Positions 24,901 to 35,646 of a DNA stretch of 64,000 nt are shown one piece after another. The notes under the pieces were generated by a model that had not been told where the DNA came from, did no database searches, and saw nothing but the letters and a program-made list of their open reading frames with translations. Every line of letters starts with the position of its first letter. The stretch's first letter is position 1. Source of the DNA: Macrostomum hystrix (Eukaryota > Animalia > Platyhelminthes); the NCBI GenBank assembly GCA_950097015.1, contig CATNEN010000014.1:1054001-1118000 (forward strand), given 5' to 3'. The translations under genes were made by a program, and so were the position numbers.

Positions 24901-27900
24901 AATCTCACCTCCGACCAAGACTCCTAACTGACCAATCTCACCTTCACCGACGACTCTTAACTGACCAATCTCACCTTCACCCACGACTTCTAACTGACCA
25001 ATCTCACCTTCACCCACGACTCTTAACTGACCAATCTCACCTTCACCCACGACTTCTAACTGACCAATCTCACCTTCACCCACGACTCTTAACTGACCAA
25101 TCTCACCTTCACCCACGACTCTTAACTGACCAATCTCACCTTCACCCACGACTTCTAACTGACCAATCTCACCTTCACCCACGACTCTTTACTGACCAAT
25201 CTCACCTTCACCCACGACTCTTAACTGACCAATCTCACCTTCACCCACGACTTCTAACTGACCAATCTCACCTTCACCCACGACTCTTTACTGACCAATC
25301 TCACCTTCACCCACGACTCTTTACTGACCAATCTCACCTTCACCCACGACTCTTAACTGACCAACCTCACCTCCGACCAAGACTCCTAACTGACCAATCT
25401 CACCTTCGCCCACGACTTCTAACTGACCAATCTCACCTCCGACCAAGACTACTACCTGTCAAATCTCACCTCAAACCAAGACTGGTACTTGTTCAAACTC
25501 ACCTCAAACCAAGACTGCTACCTGTTCAAACTCACCTCAAACAAAGACTACTTACTACCTGTTCAAACTCACCCCCACCCGCGACTTCTACCTGTCTCAC
25601 CCAATGAATGAGGTCAGTCCCACTCACAGTGTGGTACCTGTCGTACTCTTTATTCAGTACAGTCCCCAGTTCCGCCAACTCACCCCGGCGCTGATGGGGA
25701 TAAACTGGCCAACCGCCAAGCTCTGGGACAGCATCTGCATGTGCAGGTTCTTGATGATGAGGTTCTGCCGGCCATTTTGCAGCAGCTGCTCGCGCAGGTG
25801 CTGGGGCGGGTGCAGGTACTTGCAAGGCGGCTCCCGGCGCTGGCATTTGCCCTGGAAGGTCGGGGTGGGTGGACGCGATCCGACATTTGCGAATCACTAT
25901 TGGCCATAGACTAAAGTAGCGGAGCCAGAGACAGATAGCAATAAGCAAAATCACAGGCATAACAGGCACCTTCAACTGTACGCTCAGGCATCATAAATGA
26001 AAGACTCAAATCATATTTTCTGAGCTCACAGACAAAAGAAAAAGTACCCCAACTATAGGCAAAGTTCGCAGACACAGAAAGAGCGGGGGACAGCTAGAGG
26101 GTGCCATGTCTGGGCTGCGGCGCTCATTGTCCCGGGGCTCTAATTCATATTTCTCTGCAGATTCTTTCACCACCCACCCCCAAACAGCCCGTCTAGATCC
26201 ACCGAGAAAAAAACAAAGATGAAAAAAGCTGCGCGGAGATGGGGCGGGAGAGTAGAGAATAGAGACAGGCCAGACAGGGGCTGCATTGCGCTGGCCCAGG
26301 TGCTTGAGTCTGTGCTCAACAGTGAGCGGTTAGACACACAGTGCGAGTGTGTGCCGTGAGTCACTGCTCATGTTTACAGACTCAGCTATACGCGCATGCA
26401 TGAGACACAAGACTGCAAAACTACCAGACTGAGTCTCGAGTGTGTTTTGGCTGTTTGTGCTCAAAGGTCTGTGCTCATTATTGCTCCGGTGAATTATTGA
26501 GGGCTGGCCGGCTGACTCCTGGCCGTTAAAGCTTTGCGCAAAGCCTGAGGACTTTAGAACAGCTCGCTGAAGACAAAAGGATGGACCCAGCTGGCGTACT
26601 GAGGAGGGAACTGCGTGACTGAGGAGTGAACTGGGTGACTGAGGAGTGAACTGGGTGTCTGAGGAGTGAACTGGGTGTCTGAGGAGTGAACTGGGTGACT
26701 GAGGAGTGAACTGGGTGACTGAGGAGTGAACTGGGTGACTGAGGAGTGAACTGGGTGACTGAGGAGTGAACTGGGTGACTGAGGAGTGAACTGGGTGACT
26801 GAGGAGTGAACTGCGTGACTGAGGAGTGAACTGCGTGACTGAGGAGTGAACTGGGTGACTGAGGAGTGAACTGCGTGACTGAGGAGTGAACTGCGTGACT
26901 GAGGAGTGAACTGGGTGACTGAGGAGTGAACTGCGTGACTGAGGAGTGAACTGGGTGACTGATGAGTGAACTGGGTGACTGATGAGTGAACTGGGTGACT
27001 GATGAGTGAACTGGGTGACTGAAGAGTGAACTGGGTGTTTGAGGAGTGAATTGGGTGACTGAGGAGTAAATTGGGTGACTGATGAGTGAACTGGGTGATT
27101 GAGGAGTGAACTGGGTGACTGAAGAGTGAATTGGGTGTTTGAGGAGTGAACTGGGTGACTGAAGAGTGAACTGGGTGTTTGAGGAGTGAACTAGGTGTTT
27201 GAGGAGTGAATTGGGTGACTGAAGAGTGAATTGGGTGTTTGAGGAGTGAACTGGGTGACTGAAGAGTGAACTGGGTGTTTGAGGAGTGAACTGGGTGACT
27301 GAGGAGTAAATTGGGTGACTGAGGAGTGAATTGGGTGACTGAGGAGTGAACTGGGTGACTGAGAAGTGAACTGGATGACTGAGGAGTGAATTGGGTGACT
27401 GAGGAGTAAATTGGGTGACTGATGAGTGAACTGGGTGATTGAGGAGTGAACTGGGTGACTGAAGAGTGAATTGGGTGTTTGAGGAGTGAACTGGGTGACT
27501 GAAGAGTGAACTGGGTGTTTGAGGAGTGAACTGGGTGACTGAAGAGTGAACTGGGTGTTTGAGGAGTGAACTAGGTGTTTGAGGAGTGAATTGGGTGACT
27601 GAAGAGTGAATTTGGGTGTTTGAGGAGTGAATTTAGTGACAGAAATTTTGGAGAATGGGGGTATAAGAGTGGGAGAAATAAGAGTGGATGAAGCCAGGAA
27701 TTTAGTTTCCGAGCGCAGTGATTCCTGTTTTGAGTGTCCAGCGAGCCTGGGGTAATTAGCTCTAAGGATTTTATCCTTCGTCCTCTTGAGCGGCATATTA
27801 TTCAAATGCCTGTTTGAACCTTTAAATCGAGTGCACCAGAGTAACGAATTCGTTCGTAAGCACCTCGGCTACTCCGCACTGTGTGCATGAGTCACGCCAC

Positions 27901-28667
27901 CGAGTCACACAAAACGCGCATATACGTAAAAGGATTAAGCTTAAACAGTACGAACCATTTAAGGTGTACCTACGGGAGGATTTAAGTTTGTTGGGCGACC
28001 GTGGGGCGGATTCGTGAGTTTTTAATGGACGACCGAGGGGCGGATTCGTGAGTTTTTAATGGACGACCGAGGGGCGGATTCGTGAGTTTTTAATGGACGA
28101 CCGAGGGGCGGATTCGTGAGTTTTTAATGGACGACCGAGGGGCGGATTCGTGAGTTTGTTGGGCGACCGAGGGGCGGATTCGTGAGTTTGATAGACGACC
28201 GAGGGGCGGATTCGTGAGTTTGTTGGGCGACCGAGGGGCGGATTCGTGAGTTTGTTGGGCGACCGAGGGGCGGATTCGTGAGTTTGATTGTAGAAAGGGA
28301 GGCATTTGTAAGAGCAATTTTGTCTCGAAGCAACAAAGCACCTTAAAAAAGATTCTCAAATCTTCAGCGTTAAGAGCTCCTGGTCCGCTGACAAGTCAGG
28401 CGGATAACTCACCTTGATGGAGTCGTAGCAGCAGACTACGCGGCCGTTCTGTTGCACCTCCACATGCGCCGGCGGGTGGGCGAAGCGGCACTCAGTCTCG
28501 CTGCGGCTGCACTTGTTGCGCTGGAACTCGCGGCAGACCTCCAGCGTCAGCCAGCGGCTGTCCTTGCCGGGCGGCGAGAACTGCAGGCCGCAGCCGCCGG
28601 GGCCGCCTCCGCCAGTCATCAGGGAAAGGGCGGCCGCGGCTGCTGCGGCTTCTTGCTGGCTGGTCAT
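11676..28667 (-). CDS. mbl: Muscleblind CCCH zinc-finger splicing regulator (~269 aa, two ZnFs); exons 28667-28413, 25851-25684, 20726-20547, 11882-11676 (internal donor at 11716)
   Basis: [31 protein letters not shown] (ZnF1); CYDSIK|[31 protein letters not shown] (ZnF2 and linker); [19 protein letters not shown] resembles the invertebrate Mbl KR/PVYQP motif. All junctions are GT-AG, phase 0. Exon 3 and the 3' end are less certain than exons 1-2. Confidence 0.88.
11903..12455 (+). repeat. 16-bp minisatellite (gtcagcacgggacagt), ~34 copies, adjoining the mbl exon acceptor at 11883
   Basis: Direct reading; sense unit actgtcccgtgctgac. Confidence 0.96.
13345..13810 (+). repeat. 20-bp minisatellite (ctcactgagagatttagggt), ~23 copies
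   Basis: Direct reading. Confidence 0.95.
14440..15160 (+). repeat. ~19-bp purine-rich minisatellite (ggggtagagagaggataca)
   Basis: Direct reading; degenerates towards the right end. Confidence 0.93.
15871..15933 (-). CDS. mbl: Candidate symmetric polyQ cassette exon of muscleblind ([21 protein letters not shown])
   Basis: Acceptor ttaccagctgcag| and donor CTA|GTTAGT flank (CAG)5AAG(CAG)10; phase 0-0, compatible with the neighbouring exons. No transcript evidence. Confidence 0.4.
17505..17745 (+). repeat. 22-bp minisatellite (cagggcgctcagctgccaactg), ~10 copies
   Basis: Direct reading. Confidence 0.95.
18435..20105 (+). repeat. Composite minisatellite: 22-bp gatagatggctgttagatgctt (to ~19660), then 10-11-bp gatggtcagta/gatggctgta units
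   Basis: Direct reading. Confidence 0.95.
21150..21598 (+). repeat. 41-bp minisatellite (gatacgaccatcggcaatgcaggaaccatctcaaaggatga), ~11 copies
   Basis: Direct reading. Confidence 0.95.
22365..22880 (+). repeat. 24-bp minisatellite (ttgagcagccagatcagagacagt and variants), ~21 copies
   Basis: Direct reading; accounts for ORFs 22306..22881 and 22381..23031. Confidence 0.93.
24400..25560 (+). repeat. 33-bp minisatellite (actgaccaatctcaccttcacccacgactctta), ~32 copies plus decayed units, in mbl intron 2
   Basis: Direct reading; each sense-strand unit contains AAG|GTGAGA. Confidence 0.95.
26590..27635 (+). repeat. 20-bp minisatellite (gaggagtgaactgggtgact), ~52 copies, in mbl intron 1
   Basis: Direct reading; variant blocks recur 340 bp apart (27061 and 27401). 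Confidence 0.95.
27995..28286 (+). repeat. 30-34-bp minisatellite (gacgaccgaggggcggattcgtgagttt...), ~9 copies
   Basis: Direct reading. Confidence 0.92.
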
Positions 28668-29383
28668 TCTGCTGAGTTGCCCGTAGGTGGGTCAAGCGAT
28701 AATGCGGACAAGCGCGAGGAGCCTTGGCAGTGTTCGATAAGCGAAGATGCGGAGTTGGGGGGACGGTGAGGTAAGGCAGGAAAGCATTTTGTAGGCTGGC
28801 AACATTTTGCTAGTGTTGTCAACTCTCGTCTTATTGGCTGGGACGAGCTAGCCAATAGGATAAACTTGCATGCAATAGAAGTTTGCAAGAAATCGAATGG
28901 ATCAACTCATTTGGTTAATCTACGCGCGTATTAAGTGCAGAGGACTAATTTACATGCTCTGAATTGAAATTAGACAAAAATGCGACCTAAAAAAAAGCGA
29001 AGCGACCGAAGATTTCACAGACTAACCGATTCTGTTCTTGAGCACAGAATCGATGCAGTCATGCTAATTTAGAGCCAGCTAATGGTCTGCCATCTGGCCG
29101 CCACTGCTGCCCAAATATATAGAAAGTCAGCCACCGGGGACGATTCTCTGCGAAATAATTGCGCAGCGGTGTGTAGCGAAATAGTTGCTCCCATGGTGCC
29201 AATGGATAACCTTATTTATTTTGCAAAGGATACATTTGGCCAACACTGCACTGCTGATTCACTGAATCGGGCTTTCCTGCATGGAATGCCACTTCCACAT
29301 CTTACAGTTTCTGAGCCGCCACATCTCCCTTGACAGCTGGCAAAACAGCACGGACTGGCCCCTTTGGGACAGTGTGAATCACC

Positions 29384-29497
29384 CTCTGGACAGACACTCT
29401 CCGAATCTCACCCTCTGGATGGACACTCTGAATCTCACCCTCTGGACAGACACTCTCCGAATCTCACCCTCTGGACAGACACTCTCCGAATCTCACC
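29384..29497 (+). repeat. 29-bp tandem repeat (ctctggacagacactctccgaatctcacc), 4 copies
   Basis: Direct reading. Confidence 0.85.
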
Positions 29498-32233
29498 CTT
29501 GCGTTTGCTTTACCGATCACCGTTCAACGCAATGCTTCAGTGGACCGCATAATAAACTTTCTATCGTGTTTCTGGGCCGGTGTTGATCTTACGTGATCAA
29601 CATGATCGAGAAAACAAGGACCCGCCATTCGCAGTGATAGCTTAGAATGCAGAGCCTTGGGATGGCGCAGCGCAGCCGCAAGCTGAAATTCAGGTCCCCA
29701 ATTGCGCAAATCTAGTTGAATCCAGACGCCTTGGCAGCCATGCACTTGCCAATGAAAAATATGCTCGTAAAACTTCAGTTTTAGCTTCATAATTTGAAGC
29801 GAGAGCAGCAGTGGAAACAAAAATATTTCGATTTCTCAACTGCGCTTACAGATTTACTCCGCCATTAGCAGCGGTGGTATTAGAAATTCTCACGACAGCT
29901 GAAGAACAAGAAGCGCGCACTTGCACAGGCCGCTCTGTGATACAGCGGGCTGAACCTGGCACCCGCTCAGAGCCGTTGTTGACTTTAGACACGAGGCAAG
30001 AAGGCAACAGACACATCGCTAAGTGGAGGTTTTGGCACAGTTATCGGACTCTGTGCCATGCGGGGCATCGGAAATTCAAATCTGGCTGAGCGCGTGAGAG
30101 CTGAAAGCCGAGCCGCGGAACCGAGACCACTGAGATCGCGCTGGTCCGGAAAGCAATCCTTGGCAGCAGCAGCAGCAGCAGTAGGCAGCAGGCAGATATC
30201 TGGGCTGCCTGAGACTGACGCGGCAAGCGCGGCGCCCGCATCTATACAGTCGCTCCCACGGCACAGGCGCAGCAGCTCTAACAGGCCGTCAAAGCAGGAG
30301 CAGCCTGGCTACAGCCTCAATGCCTGGCATCAATCAAGCCCTGACTCGAGTTTCGTCAACGAAAAGCAGAAATGGAAGGCAAGTATGGCTACAACTGGGC
30401 TGGCAGATGCGAAAGAATCTAATGCAGCAGCAGCGTTTCTGTTGCGAATTGTCGCCACCATCCAGAGGCCAACAATTCGCAACAGCGGCCGAATTCACAC
30501 AGCCTGGCGAGCGTATCGAAACCGCTGAGACAATTCAATTTGGCTGTCAGGAGAAGCAAACGCACGAGCCCAAAATGACGCAGACTCTACAGGCAAGCAG
30601 CAGGAGGCGTGTTTTTATTGTAAAACTCTATAGTTAAACCTCACCGCGCAGGCTGGGTGTTGCGGCGACTGTTGTCCCCGGGCCTGTGAATTCAGATCGA
30701 GCACTCGCCTTCTCATGTATTTTTTGTTAGATTTGACAAATGTTTAAAAGAAAAAACAAAGGGATTAACGAAACGGAGCGAGGAAAACACAGTGCGGGAG
30801 TAAAAACGGAGTCGGGAGTAAACAGGCTGCCGGCTCGGCAGGATTCAACAATTAGAACAAACCGATCAACAATGGCTTCGAATTTCTTTTGTTAGAAACG
30901 AAACAACGAGAAAGAGATGCGCAGAAAAAAATAATTTTCCTCTGCCTCTGGTGTCAGGCGGAGGAGCTAAACTAGGCTTAATTGGTTAATCGATGCTGTG
31001 GTTACTTCAAGGCTAATTGACAGCAAAACTGCAGCGCTGAAATCCGACGCATCTTACTTAAATAAGTAAGTAGTAAGTAGCGCGCGAGCAGCGGCGGCGG
31101 AAACTGGGAAACAAACAGACCAGAGGAATCTAAAACAATTAGCAGAAGACAGAGACAAACACGGCAGGCGCGAACAGCTGATCCGTTCGCAGCTCGCAAC
31201 TTGGAATAAGTAATGCTTGAAATACTCTAAAGCAAGCTGACACACACCGCCCACAGACTGGGCCCGCAATCCGCCCTGGCAGTCGGAAATCATCAGTAAG
31301 GTTAAGCAAGGATGCAGCAGCGAATTGTACTATCCAAGGCTGGCATTTCATTTTATTGAATTACGGACTCAGATTCATATACCCGAGCTCCCGAGTTCGA
31401 TGCCCGCGGCAGGTGGCGCAACTAGCCCAAGCTGGTCAGCAATCGCGGCTTGAATTCTTCAATCAGATTGGAAATGAGCGAGCAAATTTTAGTGCAACAA
31501 TTCAAATCGAGGGAGGTGGAAAAGTTCTATGGAAAAAAGCACGAGAGAGACAGACGCGCAATGTCAGATAGGGCTGGCAATCAGAAATAAAGAATGAAAA
31601 TCCTTTGCTACAGGACTATGGACTACGGATTCATTAGCGTGAGCGCAATCGGCTGCGCTGGGTGCGAATGGTGCTGCGAGTTATAACACAGTGGCGGCCA
31701 CATACTGCTACAACTACTCGTTAGTAGCCACAGCAGCGCATGGCGGTTGATTTCTACGAGTAAAGCGGTAAAAAAACAAACGACAGCGACAAAAGTAACG
31801 CTTGAAGATGTTCAAAAAAGTGCAGCTAAGAAGATGGCGGGCCGGGGCGAGAGAGAAGATTAGAAAGCAAAAAATCGGTGCAAAAAGATTATGCAGAGAG
31901 AAGGGGACTTTCTATCTGGGCGATTGGAGCAGCAAATTGGGGTCTAAGGAAAATTTATTAATAAACTGGTATGCATCGGTTATATAACATACAGCTAGGC
32001 CTAGTTACATTATCATAGATAGCAAAGATTATCATTTAAATATGTAAAGTGTCTGGGGCCAGGAGCAATGTAAAGAGCAACTCGCAGAGTCAGGCGGGCA
32101 GCGCTGCTGGGCATCAGGCTCGCGACGCGTCCGGCTGCAAGGGGATGAGGAGGGGGCGCTGCAGAGCATTGCGGCATTGAACCCGCATTGTCTAGTTCCC
32201 GGCTCAGTCAGGAAAACTCACCTAGTCGCAGCC

Positions 32234-32592
32234 TCACTCGTAAGACTCGTAGTCTGGGTGCCACTTTTTGTAGAGCTGCTCCACCAGCGCTTTCCTGTCA
32301 ATGCGGATGGGAGCTCCAGTTCAGTTTAACGCAAACACAGAAGACTCAAACAGACAGACAGACTGACTGACAGACAGACAGACTGAAGACTCAAACAGAC
32401 AGACAGACAGACAGACAGACTGACTGACAGAAGGCTCAAACTGACAGAAGGCTCAGACAGACAGACAGAAGGCTCAGACAGACAGACAGAAGGATCAAAC
32501 AGACAGACAGAAGGCTCAAACTGACAGAAGGCTCAGACAGACAGACAGACAGACAGACAGAAGGCTTAAACAGACAGACAGAAGGATCAAAA

Positions 32593-32624
<32 letters not shown>

Positions 32625-34212
32625 TGACTGACAGAAGGCTCAGACAGACAGACAGAAGGCTCAGACAGACAGACAGAAGGCTCAGACAGACAGACAGAAG
32701 GCTCAGACAGACTGACAGACGGATCAAACAGACAGACAGAAGGCTCAAACAGACAGACAGAAGGCTCAGACAGACAGACAGAAGGATCAAACAAACAGAC
32801 AGAAGGCTCAGACAGACAGACAGAAGGCACAGACAGACAGACAGAAGGCTCAGACAGACAGACAGAAGGCTCAAACAGACAGACAGAAGGCACAGACAGA
32901 CAGACAGAAGGCTCAGACAGACAGACAGAAGGCTCAAACAGACAGACAGAAGCTCTAGTTGTGAAGCTCCCGATTCTCACTTTGCAGCCAGGCCGCCGCC
33001 CGGAGGCAGGTCGTCGGTGTTGATAGAGGCCTGCAGCTGGCAGAGCAGCTCCATGAGGTCCATCTTGGAGTTCTCGTTCATCTTCTCCGTGACCTTGGCC
33101 TCAATGAGGCTATCCAAAGCCTTTTCGCGGGCCACGGCCTCCTCATCGATGGTGTGGGCCTTGTCAAAGGCGATGATGATGACGCTCATGTTGTCGCGGC
33201 TGCCTTTGTGCAGGCAGGTGTCGACAACCTCGTCGCAGACGGCGGATAGGGTGGTCCGGACGCGCGCCCGGTGGAGCACGAAGTTGCACAGCTCCTCGTT
33301 GCTCATCACATCCCAGATGCCGTCGCAGGCGAGCACAATGAACTGGTCATGCTCCTTGTCCCTGTGGGTTGAATGGGTGAGACGCGTTAGGAATGACAAA
33401 TTCTAATTCTAATATACTCATTTGAGGAAGGTGCAGCTACTACACCTGAGGATTTAAGAAAGGGGCAGCTACCACACCTGCAAACAAGAAATGAAAGCAT
33501 GCTCCCCTGCCATCTCCCACTGAGCTTGCCTGGTGACAGAGAAGACCTCGGGCTCGGGCGACACGAGCTGCTCGGTGGCCGGCCTGCCGCTCACATTCTT
33601 GTAGTCGTAGTCGCCAAGCGACCGACTAACAGCCAGCGAGCCATTGACCCGTTGAATCATGACGGATCCGCCGGCATTCTGGATGCGTTCCTTCTCCTTG
33701 GGGTTGATGGGCTTGTGATCCTCGGTGGCCAGCTTGACCTTGCCATCGCAGACTAGGATGCCGCGCGAGTCGCCGCAGTTGGCGAAGTAGATGTGGTGCG
33801 GGCTGATGAGCACACACACAGCCGTACTGCCGCTCTTGTCCTGGCCGATCTCCACTTCGGGAATTTTGCGCATCTTCTCGTCCAGCTTCAGGAAGCCGTC
33901 GCGAATGCCGCGCTCAACGTCGGCTAGCGGCGGCACGGTGTGCGGGTCTAGCTTTTTGAAGTCGTCGGTCTCCACGATGGCGTTAAGCAGCTGCTGGGCG
34001 CAGTGGGCGCTGATGCGGGCGCCGGCGTGGCCGTCGAACACGGCGAAGAAGGACCAGTTGGCAAGGTTGCCGGGCAGGCCGGTAACAGCGCAGTGCGCGT
34101 CCTCCATCTCGATGCGCCAGCCCTGCATGCTGGACAGGCCGTAGGTCAGGCCGTTGCCCTCGCCGCTATCATTCTGCTTCTCGGTTTTCGGCTTGTCAAG
34201 AAAGGCTCCCAT
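32234..34212 (-). CDS. PPM1A: Protein phosphatase 2C, PPM1A/PPM1B-like (~374 aa); exons 34212-33530, 33361-32981, 32294-32234
   Basis: [82 protein letters not shown]|KALVEQLY. Intron 1 is GC-AG and intron 2 is GT-AG; spliced total 1125 nt in frame. PPM1A and PPM1B cannot be distinguished here. Confidence 0.93.
32335..32950 (+). repeat. (ACAG)n-based composite micro/minisatellite in PP2C intron 2
   Basis: Direct reading (agacagacagacagaaggctc). Confidence 0.93.
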
Positions 34213-35374
34213 TTGGGTCGGACAGGCGCGGGGTTGGGTGCGGTTAAGCGCTGCAATTATGGACCATTGGATTGGGTGTTACAGAAGCTGTTGGTGGACA
34301 CTGGTTTACATTGCAGTGACAACCGCAAGGCATAATGTAGAATATTTGCAGTTTCGGTTGGTTATGTGAAAAATGTACTGTGAATTAAAACTCTAATGTC
34401 AGACTTTTTCACTGAAACAAGGCTGATAAAAAAAGTGTGCTACATAATTTTGACAATTAGTACATTGTTTTTAACAAGTCTACTTTTTAGCCTTCTTAGT
34501 AGCTATTAAGATCAGCAGAATGGAGCTTATATTCTATATCTGTAGATAAAAGGCAAGCAACCCTTGTTTATTATTCTTGAAAGCCTCATTTTTTATTTAC
34601 CTAGTTTTAGCCACACCTGTATAATTAGAACTGACTGTATTGAATACTGATTGAATAATTAGTAACTGTTAATCGATAACTTATTCAATGTGGAATCAAA
34701 GTTATTTTTTATTGAGCTTTGATCGAATATCTAAACCTGTAAGGAATATTCATATTTACTATTACTATATCCTGCTAGGATAAAAAACCAGTGAAGTGAG
34801 TGTTTTGTATGAGTCTTTTACAACTTTAATTTGAGATGTAATTTAGTCTAATAAAAAATGTCTTTCATTCTGACTTATTGATTCAATGTACAATGTTACC
34901 TTAAGGTATTTCTCAAGTTTGCCAGCTTCCCCAATCAACTAGCAGCTACTGAGATCAGAGCAACTCCATTAGACATGAAGTTGGTATAGACTGAGAAGTT
35001 GCCAATGCAGTATGAAAAGTGCAATCAATGATACCAAGATAATCTAGATTATTTTTTGTTGACAATTTTCTTTAAGTTCTGAAACTTGTCAACTTGAACT
35101 CTATGAGTAATAAATATTATTTTTCTGTTGTGTTAAAAATCATATTGCTATTTTGTTGGTTCTTTAATCACACGATTGCTTGCTTTTCTCTGTCAACCCA
35201 ATAAAGCTAAAACTCCAGCATTGAACTGTTTACATATAACTTTGTGGAATCTTTTCACTATTGATCAGAGTATTAGTGGTATCTATAAATTTTGATGTAC
35301 TAAGGGATTTCCAATTTTTCATTTACTTTAAAAGATGTGCTAGATACATGTCTAAAAAAATATTTAATAGTGTT

Positions 35375-35646
35375 CATACATGTGCAACCTCCCAAATCTT
35401 AGCCAGCCTTGTGACTTAGTTTTTGCTCTCATTTGCGACTTAGTTCATTTCATTGCTCTATTTATGACTTAGTTTCCTCTCATTTGCTCTCATTTTCTCT
35501 CCCCTTTTTCCTTTTCTTCACGCCTTCTTTTTTTGTCCCTTGGTACCCCCTTTGATTTTTTTGCGCTTGGTTGATTGGTTTTTGCGACTTACTTTGCTTG
35601 GCCCTCGTTTCACCCGGCTGGTTTGGCCGGGTGTTGCGCATGTATG
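35375..35646. mobile_element. Non-autonomous hAT-type MITE, copy 1 (272 bp)
   Basis: TIRs catacatgtgcaac / gttgcgcatgtatg (13/14 match); 8-bp TSD ATAGTGTT at 35367-35374 and 35647-35654. Confidence 0.9.

Noticed and set aside
12868-27895. AP-1 sites (TGAGTCA/TGACTCA) in mbl introns as wound-response enhancers
   Set aside because: About five sites in ~20 kb versus two or three expected by chance; only the pair at 12868/12878 is mildly notable.
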